From contig CAZPSP010000001.1 in the NCBI GenBank assembly GCA_964589285.1, positions 1 to 52,478 on the forward strand: a stretch of 52,478 bases of DNA. The letters are read 5' to 3'. This DNA comes from an uncultured Dehalococcoidaceae bacterium. GTDB lineage: Bacteria > Chloroflexota > Dehalococcoidia > Dehalococcoidales > RBG-16-60-22. The notes beneath the pieces were generated by a model. It did no database searches. It had not been told where the DNA came from and worked only from the letters and a program-made list of their open reading frames with translations. Below are positions 17,989-26,630 of this stretch, piece after piece. The stretch's first letter is position 1, and every line of letters begins with the position of its first letter. Both the position numbers and the translations under genes were made by a program.

Positions 17989-19335
17989 ATGTCCGCATAT
18001 AACTACCTCACCCGGCGCACCGTTAAACGGTCTTTACGTTTCAGCATAGCTGACGGTTCCGCGCATGCCGCCATGCTGGGTCTCACGCAGAGTTACATCA
18101 CGCCGTTTGCCCTGGCGCTCAAGGCCACCACTGCCCAGATCGGACTGCTTACCAGCGTCCCCAATTTCTCCATGGCGCTGTCCCAGTTAAGCGCTCCGTT
18201 TCTCAGTGATATAGCCGGAAGCCGGAAGCGTTTCATGCTACCGGTCGTTTTCCTCCACGCGCTGATGTGGGTCCCGATACTGCTGGTTCCGTATCTGTTC
18301 CACGGCTTCCCGGTTGCCTGGCTCATCGGCTTCGTGACGCTCAGCATGGTGTTGGGTTCGGTAGCCAACCCGGCATGGGGCAGCATGATGGCGGACCTTG
18401 TACCGGATGTGATCAGGGGGCGGTATTTTTCCAACCGGAGCCGCATTTGCAGCTTTATTACGCTGGTGTTCTCGTTCGCCGGCGGCGCAATACTGCAGAT
18501 ATACACCAAAGATGTATTTACGGGCTTTGCGATGCTCTTCGGCGGTGCCACGATGTTCCGGCTGATATCCCTGTACTATCTTTCCCGGATGTATGAGCCG
18601 CAGATTATTGCTGTCCCCGGACCTCGCCCGAAATTATCCGCCATGCTACGCGAGCTGGCAGCGTCTAACCTTGGCCGGTTCATGATGCTGGTAGCCCTCA
18701 TCAATTTCTCCGCCAACATCGCCAGCCCGTTCTTTTCGGTCTACATGCTGCGGGACCTGCAGTTCAGCTACATCGCCTATATCACCAGCACCTCATTCGC
18801 CGCCGTTTCCAGCCTGGTGTTCGTACCGTTCTGGGGACGCCGGGCAGACCGCGGCGGGAACCTCAAGGTCATCCAGATAACCTGCTGGCTGCTTCCAATA
18901 GTGCCGCTCGTCTGGCTGGCCAGCAGTAATTTCTTCTACATCCTTGCCGCGCAGGTCTTGAGCGGTTTTACCTGGTCCGGGTTCCAGCTTGCCAGCACCA
19001 ATTTCCTGTACGATTCCACCCGTTCGGAATACCGGACGCGGTACATCGCTATGTTCAATGCCGTTGCCGGTCTGTCGGTTTGTTTCGGGGCCTTGATCGG
19101 CGGCTTTATCGCGCCGCACCTGCCTGACCTGCTGGGTTATAACCTGAAAACGCTGTTCACCATATCCGGGGTGGCACGAGGCATCTCGGTGCTCGTGTTG
19201 CTGCGGACGATCGCTGAAGTGCGCAAGGTCCCCGCAATGAAAACCGTTGATTTCCTCTTCCGGCAGCCGCTCCGGCCCAGAAGATTGAACCGGCCGGCGA
19301 CCGCGGTTGCGCCCGTGAGGACCCAAAAACACTGA
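17989..19335 (+). CDS. MFS transporter
   Basis: 448 aa with about 12 predicted TM helices and an MFS-like loop motif (GRRADRGGN). Confidence 0.85.
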   Translation: MSAYNYLTRRTVKRSLRFSIADGSAHAAMLGLTQSYITPFALALKATTAQIGLLTSVPNFSMALSQLSAPFLSDIAGSRKRFMLPVVFLHALMWVPILLVPYLFHGFPVAWLIGFVTLSMVLGSVANPAWGSMMADLVPDVIRGRYFSNRSRICSFITLVFSFAGGAILQIYTKDVFTGFAMLFGGATMFRLISLYYLSRMYEPQIIAVPGPRPKLSAMLRELAASNLGRFMMLVALINFSANIASPFFSVYMLRDLQFSYIAYITSTSFAAVSSLVFVPFWGRRADRGGNLKVIQITCWLLPIVPLVWLASSNFFYILAAQVLSGFTWSGFQLASTNFLYDSTRSEYRTRYIAMFNAVAGLSVCFGALIGGFIAPHLPDLLGYNLKTLFTISGVARGISVLVLLRTIAEVRKVPAMKTVDFLFRQPLRPRRLNRPATAVAPVRTQKH

Positions 19336-19416
19336 TATCGCTAGTACACCATGGAGGATGGCATTCAGACAAAGGCCGTCCGGCCCTGATACAAATATCT
19401 AAAAAATACCGTGAGA

Positions 19417-19635
19417 TCAGGCCTGCGGTTCTTCCTTATAGTGGATGTTCCACTTCAGGCACATTTCGTTAGTGAACTTTCTGACTTCCTCGTTCTTGGT
19501 ATTGTAGAACTCCGCCAGGTAGCCGTGCAGTATCTCCGGACCGGACATACCGGGCAGCGGTTCCTGTGCCGCCGGAAGATTGATGTAAACGATCTCACTC
19601 ATGACTTTCTGATATTCGATATGCGACTTGGGCAT
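19417..19635 (-). CDS. small hypothetical protein (72 aa)
   Basis: Track ORF with an AGAGG SD about 9 nt upstream. By my count the third codon positions are mostly G/C, consistent with coding in this genome. No recognisable family. Confidence 0.5.
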   Translation of the reverse strand: MPKSHIEYQKVMSEIVYINLPAAQEPLPGMSGPEILHGYLAEFYNTKNEEVRKFTNEMCLKWNIHYKEEPQA

Positions 19636-19728
19636 GGACTATTACCTCTTGCTTATTTTGTATGCTGCCGCTCCCGCGGGGCGCCGGGGGTGATTGGTTC
19701 CATTGTAAACGTTCCGGCCGGTACCGTC

Positions 19729-19761
19729 AAAAAACAGGCCTCCGGGTTTACCGGAGGCCTG
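19729..19761 (-). terminator. rho-independent terminator after the FAD/Fe-S/FAD operon
   Basis: On the minus strand: CAGGCCTCCGG-taaac-CCGGAGGCCTG, a perfect 11-bp stem, followed by TTTTTT. It lies 22 nt after the stop at 19784. Confidence 0.85.
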
Positions 19762-19783
19762 CATTGTTCTTGAAAAGTCAGGG

Positions 19784-21253
19784 TTATACCAGAGCGCCGC
19801 CCGCGGGGGCCGCGCCGTTGGGGTCCATGGCCTTGGTGATCTTTTCCCAGAAAATGTGGTAATTCATCAATGCCGGACCGATTTCCGACTGATCACCCAT
19901 GGTGGAGGCAAAGTACCTTTCCTTGAAGGCGCGGTAGCTCTGCTCCTGCTGCCATTTCTCCACGGCCGCCTTGGCGGTGGGGTTCTGGGGGTCATATTTA
20001 CAGAAGATCTCGGTCTTGCCGAGATGTCCCTGCTCGACACCCCAGCCGAAGAACAGGCCGCCGTCATCGACGATGTGGCCGGCCTTGATCAGCGGCAGTT
20101 TAGCTTCACCGGCGCCCATGGCCCACTTGATGGTGAGGTCGCGCTGCCCCATGATGGGGATAGAGTTAAAGGCGCCGCCGGCGCGGAAGGTCTCACGGAT
20201 AGCGCCGCTGACACGGATCTGGTTGGCGATAAGGACGCCGTTCATCTCTTCCGCTTCGAGCGATTTCATGGATTTGCCCTTGTGCTCTTCGACAATCGTC
20301 TCCAGGACCTTCTTCTTGTACTCGAAGTCTCCCTTTGAGTTGCCGATGATGACCACGAAGAAGCCGTAACCCTGGGCTTCCTTGCTCAGTTTGTTGAAGA
20401 GTTCTTCTTCAGCTTCGATGGATGTAGTCAGGTTGCAGGAGACCATGTTGATGTTGAAGCCGTAGAGCATGAAAGATATTTCCGCCATGCCTATCTTCAG
20501 TTCGGCTTCCCACATTTCGGCGACGGACGGGAACGTGTAGTACCGCGCCATCATGTTCTCGGGGATCTCTTTCAGTTTATAGTTCGGCGACACTCCCTCT
20601 GACGGGAACGCTGCCGGGCCTCCCCAGTGATAGATCTTCAACGCCGCCTTGGTAAACACGCCGGGCGTCACACCGGGAGGAACGGCGCTGGTCAGGATGG
20701 ACCGGATGGACGGCCCCGGGCCGTCGCCGCTGAACCATTCGTCGGTGGAGCCGAGCGAACCGGACCGGACGATGTCGCCTTCAGGAGTGACCCATTCAAT
20801 CGCCAGGTGGTTGCGGTCGTCACCGCTGGTGGTCTGGTCGAGTGAGCCGTGGCCGCGGAGCATTGCGGAACAATGGCTGCCGGAGCCCTTGCAGTTACAG
20901 GTGTAGCCGCGCTTCATCAGTTCCGCCTGCAACTGAGCGGAAATGACGTACGGCTCGACGACGGCGTAACCGTTCTTCTCGTTGATTTCGACGATCTTGT
21001 TCATCCTTCTCAGGTCAAGCAGGATCATGCCGGGCGGGAACGCGCCCGTCCAGCCGGTGCAGATAGCGCGGAACTTCAAACCGTGCTTGTTGCACAGTTT
21101 GACAATCGCCTGTACTTCCGCGGTGTCCTTGGGCAGGGTAACCGCGGCGAATTCCGTACCGTAATAGGACGGCCACAGAACCGGATCATCGGAAATATTT
21201 TCCGGCCCGAGGATGTCCTCGAACTCTCGATAAACTTCTTTAGCTAAAGCCAT
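19784..21253 (-). CDS. FAD-binding oxidoreductase (PCMH/FAD_binding_4 type, GlcE/GlcD-like), paralog of 32713..34191
   Basis: 489 aa with an N-terminal FAD-binding pattern. 42 of the first 61 residues are identical to the 492-aa paralog by my hand alignment. Confidence 0.85.
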   Translation of the reverse strand: MALAKEVYREFEDILGPENISDDPVLWPSYYGTEFAAVTLPKDTAEVQAIVKLCNKHGLKFRAICTGWTGAFPPGMILLDLRRMNKIVEINEKNGYAVVEPYVISAQLQAELMKRGYTCNCKGSGSHCSAMLRGHGSLDQTTSGDDRNHLAIEWVTPEGDIVRSGSLGSTDEWFSGDGPGPSIRSILTSAVPPGVTPGVFTKAALKIYHWGGPAAFPSEGVSPNYKLKEIPENMMARYYTFPSVAEMWEAELKIGMAEISFMLYGFNINMVSCNLTTSIEAEEELFNKLSKEAQGYGFFVVIIGNSKGDFEYKKKVLETIVEEHKGKSMKSLEAEEMNGVLIANQIRVSGAIRETFRAGGAFNSIPIMGQRDLTIKWAMGAGEAKLPLIKAGHIVDDGGLFFGWGVEQGHLGKTEIFCKYDPQNPTAKAAVEKWQQEQSYRAFKERYFASTMGDQSEIGPALMNYHIFWEKITKAMDPNGAAPAGGALV

Positions 21254-21271
21254 GATTCAATTCCCCCTTAC

Positions 21272-22537
21272 CTATATTGCCCTGGCGACAAGTTCAACGA
21301 TATCGTAGACCTTTAGCGGACTACCGTATTCCTTGGCCGCCGCGGATAATGTCTTTTCGCACCAGGGGCAGGCTGAAACAATGGCCTCGGCGCCCGTGGA
21401 GATAGCTTCATCGATCCTTGCATTTGCCGTCCACGCAGCGAAGTCCGGGTTGGACTCGTTCACGCCGCCGCCGGCGCCGCAGCACCATGCATATTCCTTT
21501 ATCCTGGTCATCTCGGTAAGTTTGACGCCGGGAATGGCCTTGAGGACATCACGCGGCGGTTCGTATACGCCGTTAGTGCCGCGCCGGTACGGTCTCGGCG
21601 GATCGAAGACGAAGCGGTCGCCGGGTATTTTCTTGCCGTCCCAGGGGATCCACGGTTCGCCCAGCCGGCCGAGCCGGCAGGGGTCATGGTAAGTGATGTT
21701 CAGGTTGACCTTGCGGTTCAGCTTGAGCTTGCCTTCCTTGACCAGTTTGTCGATGTACTCGCTGATGTGCAGCACTTCCAGGTCTCCCTTGAGCCCGTAC
21801 TTATCATAGAGTACTTTGAAAGCCTGGTAGCCGTCGGCACAGCCGGTGACCAGCGTCTTCACACCGGCTTTCTTGATCATGTCCATGTTCTTTTTGGCCT
21901 GGGCCAGGAATTCATCCTCGTACCCCATCTGGTAGGCCCGACCGCCGCAGCAGCTTTCGGCGTCACCGAAGATGCCGAAGTTCACGCCGGCTTTCTGGAG
22001 TATCTTGGCCGTCGCTTTGGCCAGTTTCTGCATCTCGGGATCGTAGCTGGAAAGGCAGCCGACGTGGTACAACACGTCCACCTTTTCCTTCGCGGCGTCC
22101 TTGATGCCGAGCCCTTCGGCCCAGGCTCCTCTCTTGCCCTTCGCCGGCACCATGGAGCCGGTCTTCTTCAGCCCGGCAATGACCTTATCCAGCGCCGGGA
22201 CGGTTTTGCCGTCCTTGACCGATTGTATTCTTAATTCGGTGATCGGCTCGATGACAGCCATGTCCATGGCGAAGTTGCATGATACCGCGCAGGCCCCGCA
22301 CAGCTGGCAGTTCTTGATGATATCGAGCAGTTTGTCCGTGTAGTTGATACCGTTCTTCAGCGCGGCGCCGATATAGTTCAGCCTGCCGCCGCCGGAATAT
22401 GCGTGGAAGTTGTATCTGGATACGCTCGGGCAAACATAGGAATACTGTGATCCCTTGATTTTCTGCATGGGGATGAATTTACAGGTCGAACACCGGCAGC
22501 ACATATCAGCATCGCCACGATATTGTTCCAGTCCCAT
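21272..22537 (-). CDS. (Fe-S)-binding protein with two CCG domains (GlcF / HdrD-like)
   Basis: Cys clusters CCRCSTCKF...C and CQLCGACAVSC, and CCG motifs ESCCGGRAY and AWCCGAGGG. An AGGAGGAAG SD lies upstream. Confidence 0.88.
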   Translation of the reverse strand: MGLEQYRGDADMCCRCSTCKFIPMQKIKGSQYSYVCPSVSRYNFHAYSGGGRLNYIGAALKNGINYTDKLLDIIKNCQLCGACAVSCNFAMDMAVIEPITELRIQSVKDGKTVPALDKVIAGLKKTGSMVPAKGKRGAWAEGLGIKDAAKEKVDVLYHVGCLSSYDPEMQKLAKATAKILQKAGVNFGIFGDAESCCGGRAYQMGYEDEFLAQAKKNMDMIKKAGVKTLVTGCADGYQAFKVLYDKYGLKGDLEVLHISEYIDKLVKEGKLKLNRKVNLNITYHDPCRLGRLGEPWIPWDGKKIPGDRFVFDPPRPYRRGTNGVYEPPRDVLKAIPGVKLTEMTRIKEYAWCCGAGGGVNESNPDFAAWTANARIDEAISTGAEAIVSACPWCEKTLSAAAKEYGSPLKVYDIVELVARAI

Positions 22538-22584
22538 CTTCGCTTCCTCCTATTTTTATCGTTTATTTTTATCGCCGGCAAGCA

Positions 22585-24051
22585 CTAGAAGCATACTTTG
22601 CCGGGGTTCATGATTCCATTGGGATCGAAAAGGTCCTTGAGTTTCTGCAGCACGGCCATATTGGCGGTGTCCCGGTTGAATACCGCCCACGTGTTCGGGC
22701 CGTAGGGCCTCGAGAAGAATCCGCCGTTGTTCATCAGGGCCTTGGTCGCTTCCGCGCTCAGGTTTTTGACCTGGGCGGCTTCGGCGGCGTTTTCAGGATC
22801 GTAGAACAGCGAGAATTCACAGTGGTAACCGGTACCCTGGACGATGGGCTGCAGGTATATGGCGATATCGGATGCGGGATAACCGGCCTTATCGGCCAGG
22901 CTGTTCATCAACTCAACCTGAGACCCTATCTTTTCCTGGAGCGTCAGGTAGAATACATCCTCGAAAGCGCCCTTGGAGCGCATCTTCCAGTAGGGTTCCT
23001 CGGCCGGCTGCTGGACCGCTTTCAGTATCTCGTTCGCCGAGATGCTGCCGACAGCTTTCTTCGCCTCGATGCCGAGCCGCTGGTTGATCTTGTTGATATC
23101 CTCGATGTAGGTTGCCACCCGTTCTTCAGGGAAATACTGCAGGCCGGGAAGGTTGTAGAAGAGTATCCACTGCGGCATGGCGTTCTTGTAGTCCTGGTAT
23201 TCTTTCGGCCATTTCTTAGCGAACATGGCGGAGAGAGCGGCATTGTTGAGGATAAAGCATTCATTGGCCATCCTGAGACGGACGAGCCAGGTCGTCAGTT
23301 CAAGGAGAACATCGAGGTTGTCGGAACCGACCACAAAAGGCTCCTGGACCTTGGGGAGAAGTTCACAGCGTATGGAAGCCCAGGTGACGATGCCCATGGT
23401 ACCCTGGGCGCCCTGGACGAGCCGGTGCCAGGAAGCAATGCCGGGGCCGTACGGAGCTTTCTGCATACCGCCCACTTCCCATTGCTCCTGAACATTCCCG
23501 GGGCCGGCCGCCTGTCCGGTGCGGAACAGCTCTCCCGAGCCGAAAACGACCTCGAGGCAGGCAACGGGATCGGAAACATCCCACTGGTACTTGGGCATGA
23601 CAACCGGTTCCCTTTCGAGGAGACTGCCGACCACCGTCTTCGTTTTCCTCGGGAGGAGAGGCATATTGATGATGAGGCCTTCTTTGGCGGCGGCGGTGAT
23701 AAGTTCACCGAAGGTGACCCCCGGCTCTACCATCGCCACGCGGCGGGGAAAATCGACGAAGACGATCTTGTTCATCCCGCTGAGATCGACGATGATGGCG
23801 CCGCCGGTCCCGGGTACCGTGTCCCCGCGAAAATGGGGAGGACCGGAACTCACCGGCACAAGCGGTGTCCTGGTTTCATTGGCGAGTTTGACGAGTTGCT
23901 GGATTTGCTCAGTTTTGCTCGGCTTCACGATACAGGCCGGTCGTACCGCGTTGACAAAACTGATGTCTGAGGAATATTCGTCGAGCGCCGCAGCATCCGT
24001 TACAACGTTGCCCGCCCCGACGATCTTCACCAGCTTTTCCTTTGCTATCAT
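22585..24051 (-). CDS. FAD-binding oxidoreductase (GlcD/D-lactate dehydrogenase-like), paralog of 34224..35690
   Basis: 488 aa with an FAD_binding_4-type N-terminal half and the family-typical C-terminal LFDPNGIMNPGKV. Confidence 0.88.
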   Translation of the reverse strand: MIAKEKLVKIVGAGNVVTDAAALDEYSSDISFVNAVRPACIVKPSKTEQIQQLVKLANETRTPLVPVSSGPPHFRGDTVPGTGGAIIVDLSGMNKIVFVDFPRRVAMVEPGVTFGELITAAAKEGLIINMPLLPRKTKTVVGSLLEREPVVMPKYQWDVSDPVACLEVVFGSGELFRTGQAAGPGNVQEQWEVGGMQKAPYGPGIASWHRLVQGAQGTMGIVTWASIRCELLPKVQEPFVVGSDNLDVLLELTTWLVRLRMANECFILNNAALSAMFAKKWPKEYQDYKNAMPQWILFYNLPGLQYFPEERVATYIEDINKINQRLGIEAKKAVGSISANEILKAVQQPAEEPYWKMRSKGAFEDVFYLTLQEKIGSQVELMNSLADKAGYPASDIAIYLQPIVQGTGYHCEFSLFYDPENAAEAAQVKNLSAEATKALMNNGGFFSRPYGPNTWAVFNRDTANMAVLQKLKDLFDPNGIMNPGKVCF

Positions 24052-24290
24052 TGTTACCCCCTTTCATTCCTGGCAAAGTACTTCAGCTCTACATTCGAGT
24101 GGATAAACTGATATCCTCCACCTAAAGTGTCTTGGATCGGATTGGCTAGGTCATACGCGCAGGAAGACCGTTAACCTTTCACAAAACCAACTATTTTTAT
24201 TAGGCCGATTATACACCTGTTGTCGAGTATTCACAACCTTTGCCATGTAAACGGAACAAATAAAAAAACAGCGCCGTCCCGCATTTTAGT

Positions 24291-24299
24291 TGGTATAAT
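24291..24299 (+). promoter_or_regulatory. extended -10 element TGgTATAAT
   Basis: TG at 24291-24292 and TATAAT at 24294-24299, about 30 nt upstream of the metallophosphoesterase start. Confidence 0.4.
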
Positions 24300-24329
24300 A
24301 CATGGTAAGGTTCCTGTTCTACAAACCGG

Positions 24330-25103
24330 GTGGTATTGAGGTTGCAGGTGAAAAAATTCATCCTTTCAGACCTGCACATCGGTCATAAAAACGCTCAATA
24401 CGATGTCATGGACCGTGCCATCGAATATATCGACCACAATTATGAAACCGGTGACGAACTCTGGGGCCTGGGTGACTGGTTTCACCTCTACGAAAACGGT
24501 TTTGAAAGGTGTATCGGCCATCCGATGGCGGCAAAGATCCGAGAACTGGCCTCCAGGATTCCGACCAGGCTTTTACCCGGCAATCACGACTTCCAACTGG
24601 AAAAGTACCGTCTCGACCCGGCCGCGGATAATCCCGTCAGCCCGATACAGATTGTCAGCCCTTTTTTCTCTAACGGCATCTGGTATTGCCATGGTCATGA
24701 ATACGATCCGAGCGTCAAATACCTGCCCCGTCCGCTGTTGTGGGCCTGGAACCAGATATCGGGGACGACCACACCCGGGAATGCCCGGCGTGACGCCGTC
24801 TCCTCACGCTTTCTGGCCGCCGTTTTTCTCATTCAATCCCGGGCGCTTATTGATTTACAGGAGATCGCCAGGCGTACCGGTGAGGATGTGCATGGCATCG
24901 TGATGGGCCATACCCATCTGCCCGTCTACCTTCACCAGTTCTCCCCGGAACTGCTGTTCCTTGTAAATGACGGTGATATGAGGCACAGCGGGACGTTCCT
25001 GGTCGAGTTCGAAGACAGCTTCCGGCACATCACCTGGGACCACACGGAGCACCGCTGGATCCAAGTAACGACGCCGAAACCACCGCAATACGCCCATAGC
25101 TAG
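24330..25103 (+). CDS. metallophosphoesterase (LpxH-like calcineurin-fold)
   Basis: Motifs LSDLHIGH, GDWFH, GNHD, GHEYD and GHTH. The start is either the GTG at 24330 or the GTG at 24348, which has GAGG 6 nt upstream. Confidence 0.85.
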   Translation: MVLRLQVKKFILSDLHIGHKNAQYDVMDRAIEYIDHNYETGDELWGLGDWFHLYENGFERCIGHPMAAKIRELASRIPTRLLPGNHDFQLEKYRLDPAADNPVSPIQIVSPFFSNGIWYCHGHEYDPSVKYLPRPLLWAWNQISGTTTPGNARRDAVSSRFLAAVFLIQSRALIDLQEIARRTGEDVHGIVMGHTHLPVYLHQFSPELLFLVNDGDMRHSGTFLVEFEDSFRHITWDHTEHRWIQVTTPKPPQYAHS

Positions 25104-25158
25104 CTTCAACAAACTCCTTATCCAAGAGTAAATAAAAACGGTCTCTTCCGGTCTCTAT

Positions 25159-25188
25159 TTGACGCCCGGCCTGCCCCGCAAGTATAGT
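25159..25188 (+). promoter_or_regulatory. candidate promoter TTGACG-18 nt-TATAGT ending 10 nt before the ATG (near-leaderless transcript)
   Basis: -35 at 25159-25164 and -10 at 25183-25188. There is no SD before the ATG at 25199. Confidence 0.4.
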
Positions 25189-25198
25189 ACTACCCAGA

Positions 25199-26116
25199 AT
25201 GACAACAGATTCTTCCATGCGGCAAAAGGTCAGGGCTTTTTCTCTGTGTATCCTGGCATATCTGCTTGCCTTATGCGCCGCAGTGGCAATCGGTCATGCC
25301 GCCGGAGACCTCCATCCGGTGTTGTTGGTACTCTGTGCCGATATCGGCGCAACGCTTGTGATCTACCTGTTCAGCCGGTTGTTCGCCAATGCCAGTTTCT
25401 ACGATCCCTACTGGAGCCTGGCGCCTCTGGTCATCGCGTTTTACTGGGTTATCGGTTTTCCTTCGTCCGGCGCGGTAACGCTCCGTCAGATATTCGTGAT
25501 AACGCTGGTATTCATCTGGGGAGCACGATTGACCTTTAACTGGGCGCGGCAATGGCGGGGGCTGGACCATGAAGACTGGCGCTACCGGGGTTTGAGAGAG
25601 AAAACTGGAAAATGGTTCTGGCTGGTAGACCTCACCGGTATCGAGCTCATGCCCACCTTCATCGTGTTCCTCGGCTGCCTGGCGCTGTATCCCGCCCTGG
25701 TGACCGGGCGCGGTCCTTTCGGCCTGCTCGATATCGTCGCGGTTCTTGTCACGGCCGGTGCGATACTCCTGGAAACCGTCGCCGACGAGCAGCTTAAGAA
25801 TTTTAACCGGCAAAAATCCGGGACCGGGGCCATCATTGCCCGCGGAGTCTGGCAGTATTGCCGGCATCCCAACTATCTCGGAGAGGTATTGTTCTGGTGG
25901 GGCATCTACCTGTTCGCCCTCGCGGCATCCCCCGTCTACTGGTGGACGATCATCGGTCCGGTCATGGTCACCGCACTGTTCACCTTCATCAGCGTTCCGC
26001 TGATGGACAGGAGGAACTTGGCCCGGAGGCCCGGCTATGATGAGGTCAGAAAAAGGATACCGGCGCTGGTGCCGCGGCTGAGGCTGGTAAAGAAAGGTTT
26101 ACTCAACTCCCGATAG
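25199..26116 (+). CDS. DUF1295 / steroid 5-alpha-reductase-like membrane protein
   Basis: 305-aa polytopic protein with the family-typical C-terminal motif CRHPNYLGEVLFWWG. Confidence 0.8.
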   Translation: MTTDSSMRQKVRAFSLCILAYLLALCAAVAIGHAAGDLHPVLLVLCADIGATLVIYLFSRLFANASFYDPYWSLAPLVIAFYWVIGFPSSGAVTLRQIFVITLVFIWGARLTFNWARQWRGLDHEDWRYRGLREKTGKWFWLVDLTGIELMPTFIVFLGCLALYPALVTGRGPFGLLDIVAVLVTAGAILLETVADEQLKNFNRQKSGTGAIIARGVWQYCRHPNYLGEVLFWWGIYLFALAASPVYWWTIIGPVMVTALFTFISVPLMDRRNLARRPGYDEVRKRIPALVPRLRLVKKGLLNSR

Positions 26117-26131
26117 ATGCCGGAGGCATTT

Positions 26132-26608
26132 ATGCTTGGAGAAAAATACGGTCATCACGTTATCCAGGAATTAAAGCGGGCCTCGGCGTTGTCTCCCGAC
26201 CGGCAGGGACCGGACATGTATCGCATTCCCAAAATCGGCGAAGGCGGGCGTATCCAGCTCCTTTACCTGGATAGGTCCATCATCGAGAATGCCCGGTACG
26301 CGGAATGCGTCTGGATCATGCCGGGAGGCGAGTTCCCCCACACTGCCGAACCCAACACCCATACGCATGAATTCGATGAAGTGGTGACCTTCATCGGCAG
26401 CAACGTCGAAGACCCGTACGATCTCGGAGGAGAAATCGAGATCTGGCTGGAGGATGAACCGCAGGTCCTCACCCGGAGTTCGCTTCTCTTTATCCCTAAA
26501 GGCATGAGACATTGTCCGCTCATCATCAGGCGGGTCGATCGTCCCATTTTTCACACCGCCATGGGGACGGGAGGCATATATCTTCAGGACAACGACCCGT
26601 CAACATAG
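26132..26608 (+). CDS. small cupin-like protein
   Basis: The track ORF 26117..26608 was trimmed to the ATG at 26132, which has a GGAGG SD 5 nt upstream. The N-terminus MLGEKYGHH parallels MTETKYGKY of the gene at 1..212. It also has a THTHEFDE metal motif. Confidence 0.75.
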   Translation: MLGEKYGHHVIQELKRASALSPDRQGPDMYRIPKIGEGGRIQLLYLDRSIIENARYAECVWIMPGGEFPHTAEPNTHTHEFDEVVTFIGSNVEDPYDLGGEIEIWLEDEPQVLTRSSLLFIPKGMRHCPLIIRRVDRPIFHTAMGTGGIYLQDNDPST

Positions 26609-26630
26609 TAAACGTTTGTTGGGAGGGAAC

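Noticed and set aside
26114-26119. The TAG stop of the DUF1295-like gene is in the same frame as the following cupin ORF, raising possible read-through or pyrrolysine
   Set aside because: The downstream gene has its own GGAGG SD and an ATG at 26132 that matches the paralog's N-terminus. The shared frame is a coincidence of the ORF caller, and there is no Pyl context.
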